This document shows, one piece after another, positions 1 through 8,833 of a DNA stretch of 58,798 bases. Below the pieces are notes generated by a model. That model was not told where the DNA came from, did no database searches, and saw nothing but the letters and a program-made list of their open reading frames with translations. Origin of the DNA: Opitutaceae bacterium (GTDB lineage Bacteria; Verrucomicrobiota; Verrucomicrobiia; Opitutales; Opitutaceae); contig DATGXA010000350.1 of the NCBI GenBank assembly GCA_035299125.1, positions 1-58,798 of the forward strand. The letters run 5' to 3'. Made by a program: the position numbers and the translations under genes. The first letter of the stretch is position 1; the number at the start of each line of letters is the position of its first letter.

Positions 1-301
1 CTGCTCGGCTGCGTCGTGATCGAGGGCGCGGTGGCGGCGGCGTTGACGGTGAGCGTGGCGCCGTTGGAGGTGGCGGAACCGGCGGAGTTGCTGACGACGA
101 CCGTGTAGGTTCCGGCGTCGCCGGTGGCGGCGGAGGCGATCGAATACGTCGCGGAGGTGGCACCAGAGATGTCAGCGCCGCCCTTCTTCCACTGGTAGCT
201 CAGCGGGGCCGTACCGGAGGCTGCGACCGAGAAGGAAACGGAGCTGCCAACGGTGACGGTCTGGCTGCTCGGCTGCGTCGTGATCGAGGGCGCGGTGGCG
301 G
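1..301. repeat. Coding tandem repeat of the Ig-like module (264-bp, 88-codon period)
   Basis: Exact 37-nt match between 1-37 and 265-301 (ctgctcggctgcgtcgtgatcgagggcgcggtggcgg). It encodes the APSITTQPS domain boundary on the minus strand. Confidence 0.8.
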
Positions 302-824
302 TGGCGCCGCCAGTGACGTTGATGGTGTAGCTGTACGAGACGCTCTTCCCGGTGGCGCTCGCCTTTTCCCAGGCTTTGATCGAGACGGAATAATTGCCGG
401 CGGTGGTCGGCGTACCGGAGATCGTGCCCGTGCTCGCGTTGAGGAGGAGACTGGTGCCACTGACGGTGGCACTGGTGACGCTCAGACCGGGAGGCAGGTT
501 CGTGATCGTGTAGGATTTCACGGTCGACGGTGCACCGGTGACCGCGAATGCGGCGGTAAAGGCGGTGCCGGTTGTCGCCGAGGCCGGGCTGGCCGGCGTG
601 ACGCTAAATGTTGTCGCACCCGCAAGCGTGTCCACGGCGCCGACGGCGGCGGCGAGAAGCGCGGTGCTGCGCAAGACCGCGCCTTGCGAGCCGGGCGTGA
701 CGACGGATTCCGCGCACATCACCCAGCGAACGATGGGCGTGCGTTGCAACAGCGCCATCAGCGCTAGCACAGGAAGTTGGATACGACGAAATTTCCAGAA
801 AATAGAAAATGCGAGTGTGTGCAT
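1..824 (-). CDS. Secreted Ig-like domain repeat protein, 5' part only (continues past the window start)
   Basis: Not in the ORF track because it runs off the edge. Manual reverse translation from the ATG at 824-822 gives MHTLAFSIFWKFRRIQLPVLALMALL... (hydrophobic leader). This is followed by 'TAFTAAFAVTGAPSTVKSYTITNLPPGLS...GTISGTPTTAGNYSVSIKAWE' (putative-Ig style) and '...APSITTQPSSQTVTVGSSVSFSVAASGTAPLSYQWKKGGADISGATSATYSIASAATGDAGTYTVVVSNSAGSATSNGATLTV' (I-set-like Ig module). The frame stays open to base 1. Confidence 0.75.
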   Translation of the reverse strand, partial: MHTLAFSIFWKFRRIQLPVLALMALLQRTPIVRWVMCAESVVTPGSQGAVLRSTALLAAAVGAVDTLAGATTFSVTPASPASATTGTAFTAAFAVTGAPSTVKSYTITNLPPGLSVTSATVSGTSLLLNASTGTISGTPTTAGNYSVSIKAWEKASATGKSVSYSYTINVTGGATATAPSITTQPSSQTVTVGSSVSFSVAASGTAPLSYQWKKGGADISGATSATYSIASAATGDAGTYTVVVSNSAGSATSNGATLTVNAAATAPSITTQPS

Positions 825-1034
825 GAGTAGGCGTGGCTCCACACGGCGGAGCCGGAAATGGTGGGCGAGATTGAGGGAGCCGCGGGCGGACTCAGCCGCG
901 AGCAGCCTGTCGAGAGGTCGAGAGGCGAGTGCCGGAAACCGGAGGCGGCGCTTGGTCACGCGAACAGCCGATTCCAACATACCGATCGTTTGGCGTTCGG
1001 CCCGCGACGCTCGTCGCTCGACCGAGCCGTTGGT

Positions 1035-1274
1035 TCAGTTGCAGCCGCAGCCGCTACCGCCGACACCGCGTCCGCCGGAGGAGGCTTCGCGGGAAAAGTA
1101 GATGTGCTCGGTCATCGCGTTTTGCAGCGGATCACGATCCGGGCGCATCGTGTAGTCGGCGAGCGTCGCGCGCTCCCAGGGCTGGACGTGCGCGGTGGTG
1201 CAGCCGGTAGCGAGCATCGCCGTGGCGACGGCGCCGGCGGCGAGAACGATTCGGAAAGGGAGCGAGTTTTTCAT
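1035..1274 (-). CDS. DUF4266 family lipoprotein
   Basis: 79 aa. Lipobox-like LATGC, then 'VQPWERATLA...' and the family-typical C-terminus 'SREASSGGRGVGGSGCGCN'. The start overlaps the upstream stop by 4 nt (1271-1274). Confidence 0.85.
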   Translation of the reverse strand: MKNSLPFRIVLAAGAVATAMLATGCTTAHVQPWERATLADYTMRPDRDPLQNAMTEHIYFSREASSGGRGVGGSGCGCN

Positions 1275-1783
1275 GAAGCGGGAGATTCGGCGAGGGCTTG
1301 GTCGAGGGCGGCGCGGATAGATTTCTCCGTCTCTTCGCCATGGTAGCCGCTGAAGATCGCGCGCACGCGACCGTCGCGACCGACGACAACCGAGGTCGGC
1401 ATCGCGGGAACTTTCACGGCGCCGGCGAGCTTGTGCGCGGCATCGCGCACGGTGGCGAACGGCGGCGCGTATTTCTTGAGGAACGCGGCGTAGTCCTTCG
1501 CCTTGTCGTCCTCACTCACGCCGAGGATCGTGACGCCGCGCGCGCCGTAGTCGGCGTGCAGCTGGCCGAGCGCGGGGAACGACGCCTTGCACGGCGCGCA
1601 CCACGAGGCCCAGAAGTCGACGAGGACGACCTGCCCCTTGGTGTCGGGCAATGTGCCTTCGAGCTGGGCCTCGGCGAGGCTCGGGAAAGCGGCGCCGCAA
1701 GCGAGTTCGGCCCGCGCGGGAGCAGAAGCCACACCGAGCAGGAGCCCGGCGGCGAGTAGGACGCTGAGTTTACGTGACAACAT
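1271..1783 (-). CDS. TlpA-like thiol:disulfide oxidoreductase (thioredoxin fold)
   Basis: 170 aa with a signal peptide (MLSRKLSVLLAAGLLLGVASAPARA) and the 'VLVDFWASWCAPCKASFP' CxxC motif. Confidence 0.9.
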   Translation of the reverse strand: MLSRKLSVLLAAGLLLGVASAPARAELACGAAFPSLAEAQLEGTLPDTKGQVVLVDFWASWCAPCKASFPALGQLHADYGARGVTILGVSEDDKAKDYAAFLKKYAPPFATVRDAAHKLAGAVKVPAMPTSVVVGRDGRVRAIFSGYHGEETEKSIRAALDQALAESPAS

Positions 1784-2750
1784 AATTCCAGAAACCGCGG
1801 GTTTGCGCGCGGTCGTTTGTGGTGACGAGCAGGCCCTCGGCGCCGGGGAAGCGCTGGATGAATTCCAGTCCCAGACGCGGGCCGAGCACGAAGGCCGTCG
1901 TGGAGAGCACGCCGGCCATGAAACAGTTTTCGGCGATCACGGTGACCTGTTGCAGGCCGTGCGACACCGGGTATCCGTCGCGTGGATCGACGATGTGGCC
2001 GTAGCGGCGGCCGCCGAAAGTGAATTGGCGGATATAGTCGCCGGACGAAGCGATGCCTTTGCCACCCCACGCGGCGATGCTGCCGCGGTGTTGGCCGGGC
2101 GCGGAGGGATCTTCCAAACCGATGTGCCACGCCGGGCGGCCGGGCGGCGCGCCGAGCACGCGGATATCGTGCCCGAAATCAATCAACGCGTCGGCGATGC
2201 CGGCACGGCGCGCGAGCTGAGCGACGGCGTCGACGGCCCACTCCTTGCCCCAGCCGCCGAAATCGAGCGCCATCCCGGTTTGCAGACGCACGCGCCCGCG
2301 CACGCGCTCCACACGGGGCCAGCCGATGAGCCCGCGGGCGGCGGCCACGCGCGCCGCGGTCGGCAGCTGTGCGGGCGGGTTGCGGTAATCCCAGAGCTGC
2401 AACAGCGGCCCCGCCGTGGCGTCGAGGATGCCGCCGGTGAGCGCGTGCAGCGAGGCGCAGAGGTCGAGCATCTCGTCCGTCTCGGCATCGACCTCGACCC
2501 ACGAGCCCGCGGCGGAGTTGATGCGCGAGACGATGCTGGTAGGACGGAAACGCGAGTAGCGGTCCTCGAAGCTCTCAACCCAAGCGCGGGCGTCGCGCTC
2601 GAACTGCATCGCCGCACCGAGCGAAGGGGCGACGTAGCGCACCTCGCAGTTCGTGCCGAGCGCACGAAACGCCAGGCTCCGCAGCGGAGCGGCGCCGCCC
2701 GCCGTTGAGGGCGGGAGCGTGGCGGACGAGGCGCTGGCGGCGGCAGTCAC
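1770..2750 (-). CDS. apbE: FAD:protein FMN transferase (ApbE family)
   Basis: 326 aa. ApbE-like motifs 'ALGTNCEV', 'LDFGGWGKEWAVD', 'ALIDFGHDIRVLG' and 'GIASSGDYIRQF...GRRYGHIVDPRDGYP'. Confidence 0.9.
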   Translation of the reverse strand: MTAAASASSATLPPSTAGGAAPLRSLAFRALGTNCEVRYVAPSLGAAMQFERDARAWVESFEDRYSRFRPTSIVSRINSAAGSWVEVDAETDEMLDLCASLHALTGGILDATAGPLLQLWDYRNPPAQLPTAARVAAARGLIGWPRVERVRGRVRLQTGMALDFGGWGKEWAVDAVAQLARRAGIADALIDFGHDIRVLGAPPGRPAWHIGLEDPSAPGQHRGSIAAWGGKGIASSGDYIRQFTFGGRRYGHIVDPRDGYPVSHGLQQVTVIAENCFMAGVLSTTAFVLGPRLGLEFIQRFPGAEGLLVTTNDRAQTRGFWNYVVT

Positions 2751-2772
2751 GACGAGGGAGCGCGTGTGTGGT

Positions 2773-3933
2773 TTACCAAGTGATGCCGATGCCGGCAGTG
2801 ACGATGTTGGCGTCGGGATAGGCGCTGGCGGAGGTGAGGTCGTCGAGGCCGGTCATGTCGTAGCGGTCGACCGCGAGATCGAGGTGCACGTGCTCGGTGG
2901 GGTTCCACACGAGTTTGAGGCCGTAGTTCACGCTGCGCATTTTCGAGAGGCGGTAATCGGCCGAGAAGAACGGGCCGGAGGGGTTCGGCAGGTCGCCAGG
3001 CACGATGTCGGTGCCGGTGAGGGAAACGTGGTAGAAATCCGCCTGGCCCTGCTGGTAGAAGCGCAGGCTGGGGATCAGCACGAAATGCGTGCCGAGTTTC
3101 TGGAGCCAAGCGAGAGTGATCGTGTGGCTCGTGGTGCCGAAGGAGTCGTGGTATAGGCGGTAGCTCGCGTCGATGGCGCCGTGCGCGGCCTCGACGGCGT
3201 GGTTCAGCCCCGCGAAGACGATCCACTTGTTGCGCTTGTCAGGGCGGTTTTCCGGGAAGGTGAGCGGGAGGAAGAGGCCCGGGGCCAGCTCGGTTTCCTT
3301 GGTGATAATCTTGTAGGGGTCGCTCTGGTACCCGGAGACATGGCCGAAGCTGAAGTTGAGCGAGACGGAGGTCTGCGGATTGAGGAGCTGGTTGACCCCG
3401 ATGACGGCATCCCACGCGCGCTTCTTCACGCGCTCGGACTGGTAGAACACGCGGATGGTGTCGTCGGTCGCGCTGACGCCGAGGAGGAGCGAGGTGTTCT
3501 TGTCGTTGAAATCGGTGAGCGTGTTCAGCGACGCGCCGTTGGAGACGTAGTCGCTCTCGCGCGAGTTGGCGATGCCGACGCCGAGGTTCACGCGGCTGAA
3601 CTGGCGCGAGAAGTCGGCGGTCCAGGCCTTGCGGCGCTCGTGCATCTGCGTGAGCGGTACATCGCCGCCGGGCGTGGTCGGAGCCTCGCCGGTGGGCGTC
3701 GCGCCAGCGATGGAATCGATGACGCCGGTGAGCTTGAGTTTCGCATCGGTGCCGAGCGACTGCTCGATCAGCGCGTATTGCGCCTGCACGCCCACGCGAC
3801 CGCCGGACTCCTGATAGTCCTCGAATCTGTAGGTGACGGTCGACTCCGCGCGCGCGCTGCGCGGCTGCAGAAGGAAGAGCACGCCGGCGCAGAGCAGGGC
3901 CGGCGTGAAGACGGTGCGTTGTGAGTGCGACAT
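2773..3933 (-). CDS. DUF3570 family protein (predicted outer-membrane beta-barrel)
   Basis: The track ORF is 2773..4131. I place the start at the internal ATG at 3933 (MSHSQRTVFTPALLCAGVLFLLQPRSARA is a signal peptide), since the upstream 66 codons look like junk. The sequence has alternating beta-strand character and ends in ...GIGITW (aromatic C-terminus). It sits in the DUF4266/ApbE/thioredoxin neighbourhood I remember for this family. Confidence 0.75.
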   Translation of the reverse strand: MSHSQRTVFTPALLCAGVLFLLQPRSARAESTVTYRFEDYQESGGRVGVQAQYALIEQSLGTDAKLKLTGVIDSIAGATPTGEAPTTPGGDVPLTQMHERRKAWTADFSRQFSRVNLGVGIANSRESDYVSNGASLNTLTDFNDKNTSLLLGVSATDDTIRVFYQSERVKKRAWDAVIGVNQLLNPQTSVSLNFSFGHVSGYQSDPYKIITKETELAPGLFLPLTFPENRPDKRNKWIVFAGLNHAVEAAHGAIDASYRLYHDSFGTTSHTITLAWLQKLGTHFVLIPSLRFYQQGQADFYHVSLTGTDIVPGDLPNPSGPFFSADYRLSKMRSVNYGLKLVWNPTEHVHLDLAVDRYDMTGLDDLTSASAYPDANIVTAGIGITW

Positions 3934-4135
3934 GGGAAGTTGGGTCCGGTGGTTGTCGCGGGGCTGAGCGGCATTCCTCTGCTGCGGCGCGCCAGCCGAA
4001 ACCGTGGCGTGGTTCGAATGAACCACGGCGAAACGACGGGTGGCGGAGCGTGGAGAGGTGTGGAGCATGCCGTTCGGCCCGTGACGAGGGAACGGTCGGG
4101 GCTTTAGCTCCACTCCGCGGTGGGCCAACAAGTTT

Positions 4136-4157
4136 AAGGTAACCGCGCCGTTACCTT
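4136..4157 (-). terminator. Hairpin downstream of the histidine kinase gene (possible terminator)
   Basis: AAGGTAAC-cgcgcc-GTTACCTT, a perfect 8-bp stem 29 nt after the HK stop. It has no clean U-tract. Confidence 0.35.
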
Positions 4158-4185
4158 TGCGCCGCCGCCAGCGGCCACGTGCCGC

Positions 4186-5958
4186 TCAATCGGCCGCGAC
4201 GAGGCGCACGACGAACTCCGTCCACTCCTTGTCGGAACGCAGCAGTTCGAGTTCGCCGCGATGCAAGCGGGCGAGCTCACGCGCGAGGTTCAATCCCAGT
4301 CCGTAGCCGGGAATGTTTTCCCCCACGTCGCCACGGCTGAAACGATCGAAAATCCGCGGCTGCTCGGCCGGCGGAATCGGCTGACGCGCGGTGTTGCCGA
4401 CCACGAGTTCGACCCATTGACCACGCCTCACCGCATGCAGCCGAATGACGCCGCCGGGGCGATTGTATTTTACGGCGTTTTCGAGGAGGTTCTCGACCAC
4501 GAGCGTCACGTAGCGTGCGTCCCCCTGCACCGGCAAGCGGGGCGGCAGATCGACCTCCATCTGCAAGCGAAACGGGTCGGGGCGCACGCTTTGGTCGTCG
4601 ATCACGCCCTCGATGAGCCGCACGAGATCGAAGACGCCGAGTTGGATTTCCAACCGTCCGGCGTCCATGCGCGAGAGGAGCAGCAGATCGTCGATCAACG
4701 ACGACAAACGTGAGGTCTGCGCGATCAAGGCCCGTACCTCCCGCGTCGCATGTTTCGAAAGACGCTCCTTCGCCTGCAACTCCTCCAACCCGGCGCGCAG
4801 CACCGCCACCGGGGTCTTCAGTTGGTGCGAAGCATCCGCCGAGAAACGCGCCGCGCGGCGCAGCCCCTCGGTGGTCAACGCCAGCGCCTCCTCCGCCTCC
4901 CGGCGCCGCGCGCGGTTCTCGGCGGAGAACTGCACCAGTTGCGCCACCGGCCGGGCGAACCGCACGGCCATCAGATGGCTGATCCACATCGCCAGCATCA
5001 GCACGAGCCCGCCCGTGCCGAGCACCTGCCAGTGCAACTGCCGCTGCAACGCCTGCAGCTTGGTGAGCGAATAGAGCCCGATTTCATAAGCCGGCGGGTA
5101 CGCGGAACCAACATTCAGGCACTCCATCAACAGCATGCGCGGCACGCCGCCGATCGTCACCTCCAGCGGCCGCGCCGGCGCGGCGCCGCTGGCGAGCGCA
5201 CGTGTCAGCACATCGGCGACGCGCTGCTCCGCCGGTGGCGGCAATCCAAGCAGAAACACCCGGCCCTGCGTCCACAGCCCCGTGAGAGCGTCGTCCGAGG
5301 GCAGCTTCGTTTGCATGACATGCTCGGCCGGCTCGAAGCCGAGCACGAGTGTCGCCACCACCCGACCATCCTGCGCGCCCACCATCGGCAGCGCGATCAC
5401 GTCCAGAATCGGGCCATCGTGCCCTTTCCGCTCACGGTGCAGGTAGCCAAGCTGGAGCTCGGCCCCGGAGACACTGCCCAATGGCAACTGCGCCTCCTCC
5501 CCGGGCGTCAGCCTGCCGACCGGCGCGCCCGCGGGCGGCTCGATCAAACGGCCGTTCGGATCCAGGAAGCGCATGAACTCGGCGTGGAACTGCCGCCGTT
5601 CGTATGCTTCGTGTTCTTCGTCGCGCTCGATCGTCTCGCCCAACACCTCCACGCCATGCGCGTAGAGCCGTTGCCGAAAATCCTGCCCGGAGGGAACGCC
5701 CAGGCGCTCCACCAATTCGAGACAGCGCTCGACCAACGCAGCGCGCCGCATCTGCTGCACATCCCGCAGGGACTCGAAGGTTTGCTGAAACTCCCGCGTG
5801 AACCCCCGCGTAACCGTCTCCTCCACCCGCCGGTGCGCGATCCAGAGCACGCCCACCGTGATGAGCGACACCACGGCCATGATCGTGAGCTGAAGGCGCC
5901 AGCGGAAGCGGACCGTGGTGTTGGCCGGAAACGGCGGCGCGATGTTTTCAGGTGTCAT
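4186..5958 (-). CDS. Sensor histidine kinase (HisKA + HATPase_c)
   Basis: H-box 'FSADASHQLKTPVAVLRAGLEEL', N/G boxes 'LLENAVKYNRPGG' and 'GYGLGLNLAREL', and an N-terminal TM segment. I set the start at ATG 5958 (MTPENIAPP...), which overlaps the regulator stop as ATGA. Confidence 0.85.
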   Translation of the reverse strand: MTPENIAPPFPANTTVRFRWRLQLTIMAVVSLITVGVLWIAHRRVEETVTRGFTREFQQTFESLRDVQQMRRAALVERCLELVERLGVPSGQDFRQRLYAHGVEVLGETIERDEEHEAYERRQFHAEFMRFLDPNGRLIEPPAGAPVGRLTPGEEAQLPLGSVSGAELQLGYLHRERKGHDGPILDVIALPMVGAQDGRVVATLVLGFEPAEHVMQTKLPSDDALTGLWTQGRVFLLGLPPPAEQRVADVLTRALASGAAPARPLEVTIGGVPRMLLMECLNVGSAYPPAYEIGLYSLTKLQALQRQLHWQVLGTGGLVLMLAMWISHLMAVRFARPVAQLVQFSAENRARRREAEEALALTTEGLRRAARFSADASHQLKTPVAVLRAGLEELQAKERLSKHATREVRALIAQTSRLSSLIDDLLLLSRMDAGRLEIQLGVFDLVRLIEGVIDDQSVRPDPFRLQMEVDLPPRLPVQGDARYVTLVVENLLENAVKYNRPGGVIRLHAVRRGQWVELVVGNTARQPIPPAEQPRIFDRFSRGDVGENIPGYGLGLNLARELARLHRGELELLRSDKEWTEFVVRLVAAD

Positions 5959-6635
5959 CCGCGGGACGGCGCGCGCAAGGTGTAACCGACCGAGCGGACG
6001 GTGTGGATCAGCTCCGGGCCGTTTGCATCGATCTTCTTGCGCAAGCGGCCGATGAAAATCTCCACCGTGCGAGTGTGGCACTCGTGCTCGCGCTGCCAGA
6101 CGCGCTCACAAATCTCGCCGCGCGAAAACACGCGGCCGGGCTCCTGCATCAGGACGAGCAGCAGATCGAACTCGCGCGGCGACAACTCGATCGACACGCC
6201 GTCGCGCGTGACGGTGCGCCGATGGGCGTCGACCCGCAGGTCCGCGACCGCAAGCAAGTCTTCCGCTGTCGGCGCCATGCCGCGGCGACCGAGCGCCTCG
6301 ATTCGCGCGAGCAGTTCGTCCATCGCGAACGGCTTCGCCACGTAGTCATCCGCCCCGGCGCGCAATCCCGCCACACGATGCTCCACCTCGCCCCGGGCCG
6401 TGAGCATCAACACCCGCGCCGCGCAGCCGGAAGCGCGCACCTGCGCGAGCACGCCGAAGCCGTCGATCCCGGGCAGGTTCAGATCGAGCACGATCAGGTC
6501 GGGGCGATCCGCGAGCACGCGCCGCACTCCGGCGTTCCCGTCGTGTTCGGCGCTGGCCACATGGCCGTGGCGAGTGAGCGCGCTCACGATATGGCGCGCG
6601 AGTTGTTGCTCGTCTTCCAGCACCAGGATTCGCAT
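5955..6635 (-). CDS. OmpR-family response regulator
   Basis: Receiver domain 'MRILVLEDEQQLA...DLIVLDLNLPGIDG...' and a winged-helix C-terminus '...TVEIFIGRLRKKI...IHTVRSVGYTL'. I set the start at 6635; the track extension (to 6809) is Arg-rich junk. Confidence 0.9.
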   Translation of the reverse strand: MRILVLEDEQQLARHIVSALTRHGHVASAEHDGNAGVRRVLADRPDLIVLDLNLPGIDGFGVLAQVRASGCAARVLMLTARGEVEHRVAGLRAGADDYVAKPFAMDELLARIEALGRRGMAPTAEDLLAVADLRVDAHRRTVTRDGVSIELSPREFDLLLVLMQEPGRVFSRGEICERVWQREHECHTRTVEIFIGRLRKKIDANGPELIHTVRSVGYTLRAPSRG

Positions 6636-6755
6636 CGCCGTATCACTGCCCCCGGCGCGCCGCGCATGGCAAGTGCGCAAACGGGCGCGCGCAGGGGCGT
6701 TGCGTCGCCGCCGCCCTCCGCTCCCGCCTGAACACAGGTTGACGTACCGTCCGAT

Positions 6756-6775
6756 GGGCGTCGCGAGCGACGCCC
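6756..6775 (-). terminator. GC-rich hairpin about 60 nt downstream of the nikR-like gene
   Basis: GGGCGTCGC-ga-GCGACGCCC with no U-tract. It is flanked by direct GGTTGAC copies at 6737-6743 and 6780-6786. Confidence 0.3.
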
Positions 6776-6834
6776 CTACGGTTGACCCGGCCTCGGCGCG
6801 GCCGGCCACAGCGGGAATGGCGCGCCCTGCCCTG

Positions 6835-7290
6835 CTACTGCAACGGCGGGATGGCAGCGGCCATGAGGTTGAGGCGGCCGTTTTTCACGCCCTTGCAGGT
6901 CACGAGCTCGTCGGTGAGTTTGCGCAACTCATCGGCCCGGCCCTGCACGAGCAGCACCTCGAGGTAGTTGTGGTGCTCGAGATGGACGTGCATCGAGGAG
7001 ACGATCAGCAGGTAGTAGCGGTGCTGGATCTCGGCGAGTTTTGCCTGCAGGTCACGCTTCCGGTAGTCGTAGACGAGCGAGATGGTGCCGCCGACGGAGC
7101 CCGACTCAGTCTGGCTGGCGAACTCGACCAAGCCGTCGCGCGCGAGTGCGGCGATCGCCTGCGAGCGGCTCTGGAAACCGCGCTTGGTCACCATCGCGTC
7201 GAGTTCGTCGAGCAGGCTCTCGGGCAACGAGACGCTGAAGCGGGCGACCTTGTCGGGTTTGCGCGGCGCGCGGAGCATGGCGTCGTCCAT
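6835..7290 (-). CDS. nikR: NikR-like ribbon-helix-helix metalloregulator (atypical metal site)
   Basis: This is the C-terminal 151 codons of track ORF 6835..7677. RHH domain 'ARFSVSLPESLLDELDAMVTKRGFQSRSQAIAALAR'. The ACT-like domain 'SLVYDYRKRDLQAKLAEIQHRYY...MHVHLEHHNYLEVLLVQG' aligns without gaps to my recollection of E. coli NikR ('[22 protein letters not shown]...[18 protein letters not shown]'). The start is ATG 7290 (or 7278). Confidence 0.8.
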   Translation of the reverse strand: MDDAMLRAPRKPDKVARFSVSLPESLLDELDAMVTKRGFQSRSQAIAALARDGLVEFASQTESGSVGGTISLVYDYRKRDLQAKLAEIQHRYYLLIVSSMHVHLEHHNYLEVLLVQGRADELRKLTDELVTCKGVKNGRLNLMAAAIPPLQ

Positions 7291-7348
7291 GCCAGAATCC
7301 GCGCCGGTCGTCGAGGCCGGCGCGGAGGAGGAAACGGTGGAGGTCGTA

Positions 7349-8710
7349 TCAGAAGAGCCGGGCATACCGGTCGACTTCCCATTGGCTGACCGTGAGGTGG
7401 TAGGCGCGCCACTCGTCGGTCTTGTAGGTGATGAACTCGTCGCGCAGCTCCTGGCCGAGCACCTTCGTGACGAAGGGATCAGCAGCGAACTGTTCCACGG
7501 CTTCCTCGAGATCGCGCGGCAGGTAGCGGATCCCGCGCTTCGCCAACTCGACGTCGGAGAGTTCGTAGAGGTTCTCCTCCTGTGGATGGCCGGGATCGAG
7601 TTTCTCGCGAATGCCCTCGAGGCCGGCGGCGAGCAGGAGCGTGGCGCCGAGGTACGGGTTGCAGGCGGAGTCGGCATTGCGGCTCTCGCAGCGGCCGCCG
7701 CCCATCGGCACGCGGATGGAATTGGTGCGGTTGTTGGTGCCGAAGCTGTTGAAGACCGGCGCCCACGAGTAGTAGCTCATCGCGCCGCGGCGGATGAGGC
7801 GCTTGTAGCTGTTCACCGTCGGCGCGAGCGCGGCGCAGATCGCCGGGCCGTGGCGGATGATGCCCGCGATGAATGAATACGCCAGCGGCGTGAGCCCGAG
7901 GCCGCGGGGGTCGTCGTTCGGATCGCACTTGAAGGCGTTCACCCCCGAGGCGAGTTCGTAGAGCGACATGTTGAAGTGCGCGCCGTTGCCCGTCTTGTCG
8001 GCGAAAGGCTTGGGCATGAACGTCGCGAGCAGGCCCTCCTCAGCGGCGTAGTGTTTCGCCATCATCCGGAAGAAGACGTAGCGGTCGCACATCGTGAGCG
8101 CGTCGGCGTACTTGAAGTCGAATTCGAACTGCGAATGCGCGTCCTCGTGGTCGAGCGAGTAGAGGTCCCAGCCGAGCTGGTTGATCGCGGTGGAGACCTT
8201 GTCGAGCCAGGTGTAGCGGTCGAGGAAGCGCTTCACGTCGTAGCAGCTCTTCACGAGGTTGTCGTCGGAGTTGGGGATCGAGAGCTTCCCGTCCTCGGCC
8301 TGCTTCACGACGAAGACCTCGCACTCGATGCCGAGGTTGAAGCCGAGGCCGAGCGTGGCGGCGTCGGCGAGGACGTTCTTCAGGGCGACGCGTGTATTGA
8401 TGCCGTAGGGCTGGCCGTGGAAGGTGTTGTCGGCCGGGAACCAAGCGACCTCGGGCTTCCACGGGAGCTGGAAGCCGCGGTCGAGGTCAGGCAACGAGGC
8501 GATCTCGTCGTCGTTGGGGCGCTGGCCGAGGCCGTCGAGCGCGTAGCCGGTGTAGAGTTCAGAGCCGTGCGCGAAGTGGAGGAAGTGGTCGATCGGGACG
8601 AACTTGCCCTTGGGGATGCCGTGGATGTCGGTGTAGGCGCCGACGCAGTATTTGACGCCCTTGGCTCTGAGCTCGGCCTGAAGTTTGAGAATCTCGGAAT
8701 CGGGTTTCAT
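7349..8710 (-). CDS. Glutamine synthetase family protein (GlnT / gamma-glutamyl-amine ligase-like)
   Basis: 453 aa. GS catalytic-domain motifs '[15 protein letters not shown]'-like ([18 protein letters not shown]), '[20 protein letters not shown]', 'NSYKRL' and 'NRTNSIRVP...[13 protein letters not shown]'. Confidence 0.9.
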   Translation of the reverse strand: MKPDSEILKLQAELRAKGVKYCVGAYTDIHGIPKGKFVPIDHFLHFAHGSELYTGYALDGLGQRPNDDEIASLPDLDRGFQLPWKPEVAWFPADNTFHGQPYGINTRVALKNVLADAATLGLGFNLGIECEVFVVKQAEDGKLSIPNSDDNLVKSCYDVKRFLDRYTWLDKVSTAINQLGWDLYSLDHEDAHSQFEFDFKYADALTMCDRYVFFRMMAKHYAAEEGLLATFMPKPFADKTGNGAHFNMSLYELASGVNAFKCDPNDDPRGLGLTPLAYSFIAGIIRHGPAICAALAPTVNSYKRLIRRGAMSYYSWAPVFNSFGTNNRTNSIRVPMGGGRCESRNADSACNPYLGATLLLAAGLEGIREKLDPGHPQEENLYELSDVELAKRGIRYLPRDLEEAVEQFAADPFVTKVLGQELRDEFITYKTDEWRAYHLTVSQWEVDRYARLF

Positions 8711-8723
8711 CGGACGGAGGGAA

Positions 8724-8833
8724 GAAGTTGGAAATTTGAAGTTGGAAGTTGGTGCGGAGTACGGACGGACGGTCGGCCTTCGCGCTGGCGGTTCGCCTCC
8801 GGGATCAATCCCAACTGCAAACTGCCAACTACC
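8724..8833. repeat. REP-like imperfect palindromic intergenic element (copy A)
   Basis: Left arm GAAGTTGGAAATTTGAAGTTGGAAGTTGG (8724-8752). Right arm CCCAACTGCAAACTGCCAACTACC (8810-8833). The arms match at about 18/22 positions when one is reverse-complemented. It shares an exact 14-mer, GGTAGTTGGCAGTT (reverse complement of 8820-8833), with copy B at 11674-11687. Confidence 0.7.
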
